A stretch of 64,000 nt of DNA from Cycas panzhihuaensis (lineage: Eukaryota; Plantae; Cycadophyta). The notes under the pieces are model-generated. The model was not told the DNA's origin. It did not search any database and saw only the letters and a list, made by a program, of their open reading frames with translations. How positions within the stretch are numbered: position 1 is the first letter of the stretch; every line of letters begins with the position of its first letter. Of the stretch, positions 55,401 to 64,000 are shown piece after piece. The stretch lies in contig CM041465.1 in the NCBI GenBank assembly GCA_023213395.1, positions 154,883,741-154,947,740 on the forward strand. Direction: 5' to 3'. The translations under genes and the position numbers were made by a program.

Positions 55401-56287
55401 CAACATAGGTATTGGAGTTAATTATCATCACTCCACTCCCACCTTTCCAACCAAGATTATACACCTCATCAACATCAATTTAGACATGTGATGCTCAATA
55501 TGTTAAGGTAAGTTTAACTTTGATTTATGTTAAGTTGAGGTAGTTTCATTTGAGTTAAGTTAACATTATTTTATTATTATTTTGAATTCAGGGGTTGAGG
55601 AGTTTCCTTCCTCCTCCAAATTATAAATATTGAGGGGTGTGCAACCCTGGTGTCTTTAGACACTACCCTCTTTTGGGAAATTTATATTAATCTTCTCACA
55701 ATGGCTTGAATACAATGCTTTCATGTGTTTATGCTATCATGCTACACTGATCTATTGATGATTTATGATTTGTATTAATCTATTGAAGTTTATTCTATGT
55801 TCTGCCTTGTTCTCCTGCAAAATATTTTTCTAACATTTGGTATCAGAGCAAGGTTGAAGTTGATATTTTGCTCATATTCGATTTAGCTTCTCATATATTC
55901 AGTAAAAGACTTGCATATAACTACTGGTTGAGATCCTGGCAAGCACACCTACTCATTAGAGAAAATGATTTGGAGTTTCATCCATCATGCATAAAGTTGT
56001 CTCACTTTGAAGCCAATACTACAAACCTGATTACCAGGTTCTTCATGCTTTGATATTCATATATAAATAAATAAATAAATTTCTTTGATATACTTTGAAA
56101 TTTTTACTTTGTTTCTAGCTCCGTTGTATGGTATATGTTTCCATGATATGTGTTTGAGTTAATGCATCTGTGTACACTCGCATTGCCTCCTTGCACTTGC
56201 ATGCTCGATTTACGTCTATGAGCTCTGCATCAAATCCTTTTCTATAAAGAGGCTGTCCTTTTTTTTCTTTGTTGTTGCCATCACTGT

Positions 56288-56461
56288 GGGAGAATATATT
56301 TCTTGTGCTATAGTATGACGCCTCTTAGCACCATCACCAACAAGGCTAATGCTTATATAGTATTGACCTTGGACCGAAAGTCCCTCACAATTGGATTGTA
56401 CACAAACAGTTTCATTAAGAGGTTCACCAACCCCCTTAGAATCATCATAAAGCAAGCGCCT
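56288..56461 (-). pseudogene. Captured GH38 alpha-mannosidase fragment
   Basis: RRLLYDDSKGVGEPLNETVCVQSNCEGLSVQGQYY...GDGAKRRHTIAQEIYSP matches the plant GH38 motif RRLLxDDxRGVxExLNETVC...GEGAKWRR...GQEIYSP. Confidence 0.9.
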
Positions 56462-56494
56462 ACCCTATCACCTATTTACTACCCTCCATGATTT

Positions 56495-56637
56495 ATCCCT
56501 CTCTACTCTCAGCATGTTCTCCAAATACAAAGCATTCTAATCTTTGTGAATAATTCTGTGGGGTATTCTTCGAAGAATTGTTGGTTGCAACCTTAATGCA
56601 GTAGTTGGCACAAGTTTTGCAATCTGTTGTATTGCCA
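56495..56637 (-). pseudogene. RRN3: Captured RNA polymerase I initiation factor RRN3 fragment
   Basis: AIQQIAKLVPTTALRLQPTILRRIPHRIIHKD*NALYLENMLRVE resembles RRN3 ALxxIxxLVPLAPxRLxPxxxxxMP...YVENMLRLE. Confidence 0.75.
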
Positions 56638-56702
56638 CTTTACCGCCCTGTCGCTTATTTACCGCCCTCCGTTCTTCTCGCCACCCCTCCGTTCTTCCCC
56701 CC

Positions 56703-56964
56703 CTATGGATCAGAGGGGCTTGCCTGAATCAAAAATTCCTTGTGGTAATTATTTAGGTTATCGAATGATTTCATGATATTAACATCATACACAAGAACAC
56801 AGCAATCTACACCGCGATAAAAAGCTACACCAAGGCTATGAAATCTCTCTTAGCCAGTAGTATCCCATATCTGGAGCGTGAACAACCTATCCTCAAACTG
56901 TACTTCTTTAGTTAGGAAATCAACTCCAATAGTCACTTTGTGACTGAATTTCTTATTTCCATAT
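56703..56964 (-). pseudogene. RABG3: Captured intronless Rab7/RabG3 GTPase fragment
   Basis: [83 protein letters not shown]. Confidence 0.97.
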
Positions 56965-57669
56965 CTTTGTTATTATTTAGTGGAGAAGGCATAAGCCAAA
57001 GTTTTAGTCAGTAGGTAGATGGACCTGCATCCCACTAAAAAGGTAACAAACCACCAACAATTGAGCACCATACCGGGACCACAAAGAGGATGACAAGTGT
57101 GTAGTCCACGTGGCCTTTTGCATGCCCATGCCAACTACTTGAACCAGCCAGTCTTGATCGCACCACTGAATTTCTTATTTACATATTTATAACAACGTTG
57201 TGGGAGCCGTTCTTCTCCCCTTTTCATATTCCAGGTAGAGACATTCTTCTTGGTATTTGGGAGACGCTCCTTACATCTGAATGCCACTTACCTATTACCA
57301 GGTAGATGACTGTATATTCTTCATAGCCATTACTGTATATTCTTCACAGGTATTACTTGCTATATATTCTCCTTCACCTCATAGTTAACTGTGACCTGGA
57401 GCTAACTTGTGGCACAATATCCAGCATCCATATCACTTCCTACTTGCATGAACGTAGGTCGGTCACTCCGTCCGGAAAGGAACCTCTATTTTATTAAATA
57501 AAACTAACCTAGACGGACATTGTTCGTATTTTACATAAGTGTGTAGGGTTTAAATAAGCGACTCACATTTTTCTTCTTTGATAAGTGATTAATTCGTGCC
57601 AGCCATTTTTTATTTTATATATATATATTGAGTGATTAATACGTGCTAGTCGTTTTTTAATTTTTTGTC

Positions 57670-57871
<202 letters not shown>

Positions 57872-58196
57872 AGTGCATTGTTTCGTTATTTTCAAGTCTC
57901 GTATTTCTCTATACATTTGCAACAACATTCTTTTTAATCTCTCAATCCTACTATCATTATATAGTCTCATGTCTGCCATTTGCATAATCACGATGACATT
58001 TTTATTTTTCTTCTTCATATATTTTTCATAAACTAAAAAAAAAACAAAGTAAATTATATATTTTTGAGATCCGAACATTTAAAGAGCATTAGCTCCCTTT
58101 GGCAGTTTGCCCCCGGACCTGTGTTCTATCATATAACCAGTCCATTACTAAAAGAGGCTTCATTATTTTAAGTTTATTGTGATTTTTACACTTGAC

Positions 58197-58268
58197 GAGT
58201 GGGTTCACCCTCCTGGCAACGGAGGGGTTTATTTTTTGATAGGTCTTGGGTTCAATCCCTACCCATTC
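58197..58268 (+). other. tRNA-like structure (SINE head or tRNA relic)
   Basis: 72 nt; GAGTGGG/CCCATTC terminal stem, CCCTCC/GGAGGG hairpin, GGGTTCAATCCC B-box/T-arm; no credible anticodon arm. Confidence 0.4.
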
Positions 58269-59716
58269 AACCCTTAGGTTCATATTCTAAGAGGGTTATT
58301 TTAACAATATAACCTTTTACCTTTTAATTTTTAATTTTTTTTTTTTAAACATAAGGTTATTGGCATTTTTTTTTTTTTGCCATAACTCTTCATTGGCTCA
58401 TCGGTTTTAGATGAAACCAACTTCATTAGATCATATTTTCTTTGTAGATCAATTTTGACTGGTCATATGACCAATTTGGTACAAATTTGACCCTGTTTCA
58501 GTCGATTTAAAGTCAATCAACATTTTTTTTTAGGATTTTTTCAATTTTTTACAAAATGATTTTTTGAACTGATTGTATTTTATTACCAAAAAATTATTTT
58601 CTACCTAAATTTATTTTACATTGATCTATATTCAACAAAATTCATTAATCATATTTTATTTTATTTTTTAGAATTTATTTTGACTATAATTTTAATCGTT
58701 GAAATTGACATTTTAGTGGTTTTTAACATTTTTAACATTTTTACATAAAGGTACTAGTTACAGTTTTTACTGTAACTTTTCTGTTTGACATCCAAATTAA
58801 GTTCTATCAATTTCGTTAGGAAGATGACTCATTCCCCTTCGAACTGACATAGTTTTTCATACATTTTAAGATGTTTTTACTTATTTTCAAATCCATTAAA
58901 TTTGGACTACTTAAGAGCATCAATTTGTCATTTTTCACATATTTTCATATAAAATTTTTCAACCAAAAATATATTTAGTATTTTTACAAAATATATTTGA
59001 TCTTTTTCAAACACTTTATAAAATTTTATTAGCAATTTTATGTAAATTTGAGCTCCCTGCTCCTGTTAGGCCTTAAAAGGAGGTCTGTACCTTTGAATCA
59101 TTCAAATCTTGACTTATTGAAATCCATTTTTAAAACGGTTAGTTCCATTGGATTCATATTTTATTAATCTACATATTGGTACAATTTCAAGTTATTCTAA
59201 AATTGTTTAGTATAGTTTTCAAGCTGTCAAATTTGAGCATACAAGTACATCCTAATAGGCTTGCCCTTCAAACTTTTTAAGAAAATTCTATTTTATTGCT
59301 CATTGGTTGTGCATAATATATGTTTAAGGTTTCTACTTAACCTTCATATAAGCTTTTTTAAGTTGTTTAGTAACAAAAATTATTCATAAAGCAACTAAAA
59401 ATATATATATATATATTTTAGTTTCTTCAGCATTATATATTATCATCAAGGCTAAGTATTTATTGCATTAAGAATTTACATCTATTCATTTGTAAAAAAT
59501 CCTCTTATTTTAGATTTATATCATTAAAAGAATATTGGTATATGATTTCAAAGTTACTTCTATATTCATTTTTTCCTTATTAGATTTAATTCATTTATTT
59601 TTAAAAAACATTATATTTCTTTTGAAGAGTATATTTGACATCATATAAGTTTGATCACTTATTGACTTTATTTGATTTGCCAAAAGCATATTTTATATGT
59701 ACTAAAGTTTTATAAC

Positions 59717-60393
59717 ATGGCACAATTACCTATATTTGATGGGCAAAATTTTTCAGAATGGCATAAGGTTATGAAAAACTATTTTATTGCACATGATTTA
59801 TGGAAATATTTACAAGATGACTATGATGTTAGTGTTAAGGAAAATATTAGAAAGGATAATGAATCATTAGGATTATTATTTTACACTATGAATGATGATG
59901 TTTTTTCAACGGTTTCTGAATTAACAACTTCTAAATGAGTTTGATGATATTTTTGATGAGCATGTGAGACAGGTGACAGAACATGTGAAGCATAACGACA
60001 ACACCCATGAGGATTCATATCAAATGCAGGACCAACTCCATTTGAGGGGGAGAATGAATCATATGATATGATGAAGAATGAATCTGATGATATAGCAAAG
60101 AATGAACCTGATGATATGACAGTTGTTCAAAGCATAAAGATTACAAAAGATAAAGTTCAAATTCAAATTTTTCTCAATGTTCCAGTTGACAAAGATAAAA
60201 TTACATCTATACATACATACTTGAATTAAGCATCATCTACTTACAGTTTCTTTACATCATTCCTTAGTAAAGAGATATATTTTATAAGAAGGTTGAAATA
60301 TGTTGATAAAGATCAAGACCAGAATTTTAAAGTTTTTTTTAAGTACAAGTTCCATAAGTTCAAGGAAAAGATACAAGTGTTCGTGATGACATT
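59717..60393 (+). pseudogene. Copia gag N-terminus fused to non-pol sequence and an RNase H-like tail
   Basis: MAQLPIFDGQNFSEWHKVMKNYFIAHDLWKYL (DUF4219/UBN2-type gag); three 24-bp repeats (ENESYDMM/KNESDDIA/KNEPDDMT); ends KFHKFKEKIQV just before the PPT. Confidence 0.75.
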
Positions 60394-61083
60394 AAGAGGG
60401 AGAATGTTGGAGTTAATCATGATCACTTCACTCCCACATTTCTAACCAGGATTGTACACCTCATCAACATCAATTTAGACATGTAATGCTCAACATGTCA
60501 AGGTGAGCTAAGATAAGTTTAACTTTGATTTATGTTAAGTTAAGTTAGTTTCATTTGAGTTAAGTGAACATTATTTTATTATTATTTTAAATTCAAGGGT
60601 TGAGGAGTTTCCCTCATCCCCCAAATTATAAATATTGAGAGGTGTGCAGTCCTGGTGTCTTTAGACACCGCCCTCTTTTGGGAAATTTGTATTAATCTTC
60701 TGACAATGGCTTGAATATAATGCTTTCATGTGTTTATGCTATCATGCTACATTGATCTATTGATGATTTATGATTTGTATTGATCTATTAAAGTTTATTC
60801 TATGTTCTGCCCTATTCTCCTACAAAATATTTTTCCAACAATAGGGGTTGCCTATGTACCACCCGAGAATTGACGGGAAGCTAAGTAGAATGAGGGGGCT
60901 GCCCCCATTGTGAAAATGCAAAGAGAAGTACATGATGATGTCAGGTATAAGTGGTAAATGAGAAAACCTAGTAGTCACCATAGTTTAACCTCATCAGTGG
61001 CTAGCTTTCGAAGGTGCAAACAGATTCACAAAGTGATCTGCGTGACGGCCTGAGACTTGGGTGACAGAGCGACTAGGTAAGTC

Positions 61084-61506
61084 TCAAAGGCGGCCAACAA
61101 GAAGAGGAAGGTGACGCTCAAGGATGAGGCAAACGAGGCTGTCTGCCTCAGTGTTAAGGGCCTGAGGGATATGTTAGATGTCGACATATTAGAAATTAGC
61201 TAGCAGGGATATAGTGGTTAAAGCAAGGGCTTTTAAGTGAGGGCATCGCACCTGGTAAACCTGGGTGAGATGGGACACCACCACTTGGAAGTCACAAAGA
61301 AGAATAATAGATCCACGATAGAAATAGAGTGCATCAGTAAGGGCTTTGATAACGACCATGTACTCAGCTTTGTTATTGGTGGCCTTAGGGAGGAAGACTC
61401 TGGAACGCAGAAAATCATATCCAAAAGGGTCGCAAAGAATCCATGTAGTGACAGAAGGTCCAGGATTACCACGGCTTCCGCCGTCGGTAAAGATGAAGAG
61501 AGTCAT
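61084..61506 (-). pseudogene. Stand-alone archaeal-type RNase HI (aRH) of element D
   Basis: MTLFIFTDGGSRGNPGP...ATNNKAEY...CDFQVVV...HIPQALNTEADSL; all four acidic catalytic positions are present; 2 stops. Confidence 0.9.
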
Positions 61507-62044
61507 GGGTGAGTAAAGAAAGTGTCTCGATAAAGAAAATGTATAATAATATAGGAATCGAGATAAAAGAGGCTCATATGGTAAGCAATAAATGGCCGTG
61601 AAGGGTAGGAGGACCTAGCAATGAGGCTACCTAAGGACAGGAGCAAGCTATCTGACCACTGACTGAGAGACGGCGACAAAAGAGCACCTTGGGATGCCAA
61701 AGGTTGCTTAAGAAAGCAAGGAATGACTCTGAACAAAGGGAGCATTCCCTTTGGAAACCCCAGGGGCTGGAACAGGCTACAAAAATGAGTCCAAGATGGT
61801 GAAACGAGCCAAACGAGTATAAACTCGGGTATGCATAGGAGCGGTACGTAAAATGAGACATAAGGGCCCTGCGAAAATGCATCGATGAAGTGCCATAAAT
61901 GCATCTGAAGGAATGAGCTAAAACAAAGGCTGTGGGAGCACAATGGAAAACAGGGCTAGAAGGAAGTGATGATTGGAGATGAGAAATGATCCAAAGGGCT
62001 TTCACAAGAGCGAAAACGAAGATAGTGCCCGTCAAGGCCCCTGC

Positions 62045-62053
62045 CTATATAAG
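62045..62053 (+). promoter_or_regulatory. Putative TATA box of the PMD gene
   Basis: CCTATATAA about 165 bp upstream of ATG 62213; element A has CCTATATATAAAAGG (minus, ~29894-29908) at the equivalent distance. Confidence 0.55.
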
Positions 62054-62212
62054 GAAAATCGATGAAAATGAAATTCATTTTCACGGGCTCTCAAACGAAT
62101 CCAGAGCCCTTTCCTTATGCAGCGGAGCACCACTTGACTTCAAGGACACGTTGGGAAAGACCTAACTGTTTGATCGAGGCCAGGAGACAATCGTTGGGAC
62201 CACAGATAGAAG

Positions 62213-63930
62213 ATGGCAACTGCACGACCAAATCCAGTGAGTAGATCTTCGAAACCATGTCCCATCTTACAATTTGAAGTTTTAATGCTTTTTATTATTT
62301 TTATATATAGTTTTTGGCCCCACATAGGAAAAAAAGATCTCCAGGAGTCCAGATTGGACCCAGAGAGAGGTGTGATTGGGGCATTAGGTAGCCCTGGTCC
62401 CATTGGGCCTGGGTGTGGCCCACGAGAAAAAAATTTTAGTTTTTTTGGGTAGAAAACCCCTCCTTTTGGGGGGGTGACAATCGCACCACGACAAAGATCG
62501 TGGTGCCGCGATCTTTACCGTGGGGCCCCGATCACCACGGGACTCGGGCCAAACTCTGCGGTACCATGAAGTTTGGTGTGGTGCAAAGGCAGACTAGCTG
62601 AAAAAAGAGGATGGGGACCCAGGGGTCCCCGAAACCGGACCGACTAGGGCTGAGAGACAGTTGAGAGGATGAGGGATGAGGATATGTCAGAGTTGTGACT
62701 TGTTGCATGGCATTTTGCAGGTTATCGTTGCAGTGGAGAACTGCGAGAACATTGGTATGGCTATGCTTAGTTTCTTAGAGATGATGTCAAGGGAGGACAG
62801 GCAGGTACAACTGAGATGTGGCCTATTGAAGGTCATGAGGACACCCTAATATACATCAGACCAGAGATTATTGGTAGACATAGTATCCCACTGGGACATG
62901 CAGAGACATGTCTTTCACTTACCCCAAGTGGGAGACGTATCAGTGACTCTAAGAGATGTTAGGAGGATACGGGGGGTATCAGCGATAGGGAGGCCGGTGA
63001 TATTAGAAGCATTGCCCAGCAATGAGATAACACATAAGGAGGCTGCCGCATTCTTCACAGGCTTGGACAGGTGGGAAAGGCAAGGGATTCCTCTTTAGAG
63101 AATGGTTATGTCTGGGATTTCTCGTGTAAGGAAGCTAATCACGTTGTGCATTATGTTCTAGATATCCCAGAAACAGAACTATAGGGACATACCGGGAGGA
63201 TGGATAGATGCGGTACATCGGTGTGAGGTAGGGGAGAGGATGGACTGGGCTACCCTCATAGCAGTGAACCTCGTCACACAGCTGGATGCCATTCGGGCAG
63301 CAGGGAGAGGTGGACTGTCATACAATATGTTACTACAGTGCTGGTTCTTCAACCACTTTGGAGCAGTGGCGCCGATGGGATCACACTGCTTTGAGTGGGC
63401 CCTGATGGTACACAGGTGGCAGACTAAGTTTAGAGGGACCGAGGACCAGGCTCATGCCCGTCGCTCAGTGGAGGCCACATCACTAGACCTCCTTACTATG
63501 ACAGATTACATAGCAGATCTGTATCGAGTGGCGAGGTGGGATAGTGACGACGAGGCAAGTAGGGTAGGAGTGCCCCCAGGAGATGATGAGGGCGGCAATG
63601 AAGGTGATGGGGCTGGCCCATCATGAGCTGCAGGAGAGGTAGGTTCATCAGGGATCACGGCTAAAGAGGCAGGACCATTCGGGACTGCAGGTGGAGAGGT
63701 AGACTCGTCTGGAGCTGCAGAGGAGAGCAGGGACCCAGTGACACGGGCCTGTAGGCTGCAGATCATCAGGAGGTCTGGAGAGGTAGCTACACCATTTGCG
63801 GAGAGGAGGGATGCCATAGTTGCTAAGGCAGTGGTAGAGGAGGTACCTGAGGAGGAGGAGGTACCTACAACTGGTGGAGTACCTGAGGCAGAGGTAGTCA
63901 CTCGAGTCGAGGAGCTGGCAGCCACACCAG
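62213..63930 (+). pseudogene. Intron-containing Plant Mobile Domain gene of element D (antisense to the element), continuing past the window
   Basis: Exon 1 MATARPNP|GTGAGT; intron 62237-62720 ending TTTTGCAG; exon 2 includes IVSHWDMQRHVFHLPQVGDVSVTLRDVRRIRGVSAIGRPV (PMD WxxxxHxFHLPxGxxxITLxDV motif), DWATLIA, LLQCWFFNHF; next donor CAG|GTGAGA at 63931. Confidence 0.88.
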
Positions 63931-64000
63931 GTGAGACATGACCTTCTCCTATCATCGTTTGATTGCTAGATATATATAGTTTGATTTTGGTTTGATATAC

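Noticed and set aside
56703-56964. Functional Rab7 gene
   Set aside because: Partial, with an in-frame stop, a 6-nt deletion and substitutions in conserved GTPase motifs.
55850-57520. Cargo as a nested Helitron or Pack-MULE
   Set aside because: I found no hairpin+CTRR end, TIRs or internal TSD, and the intron loss points to an RNA route. Not fully excluded.
63506-63955. Ser/Pro/Thr-rich minus-strand ORF (and 28120-28413)
   Set aside because: These are shadow frames of the low-complexity PMD C-terminal region.

Overview
Plant nuclear intergenic heterochromatin (gymnosperm-like by element types; inference) with no intact host gene. The window is almost entirely a stack of nested, C->T/G->A-eroded LTR retrotransposons. 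(1) Copia fragments at 1-17 kb, one split by a 3-LTR tandem non-autonomous element (6724-10677) whose two units complement each other to give a single 294-aa Gag-derived ORF. (2) Four related Tat-type Gypsy elements or LTRs with ~2.6-3.3 kb LTRs. Two of them carry, 3' of integrase, a divergent cassette of a stand-alone archaeal-type RNase H plus an antisense, intron-containing Plant Mobile Domain (PMD) gene. (3) A near-complete Tnt1/Tork-like Copia (40978-46203). (4) Most notably, a TSD-bounded non-autonomous Copia-type element (55410-60840) that lacks pol and carries a string of host gene fragments (RabG3/Rab7, RRN3, GH38 alpha-mannosidase), all antisense to the element. The RabG3 piece lacks the introns known from plant genes. 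Boundaries were read by eye and protein identities come from recalled family motifs, not database searches.
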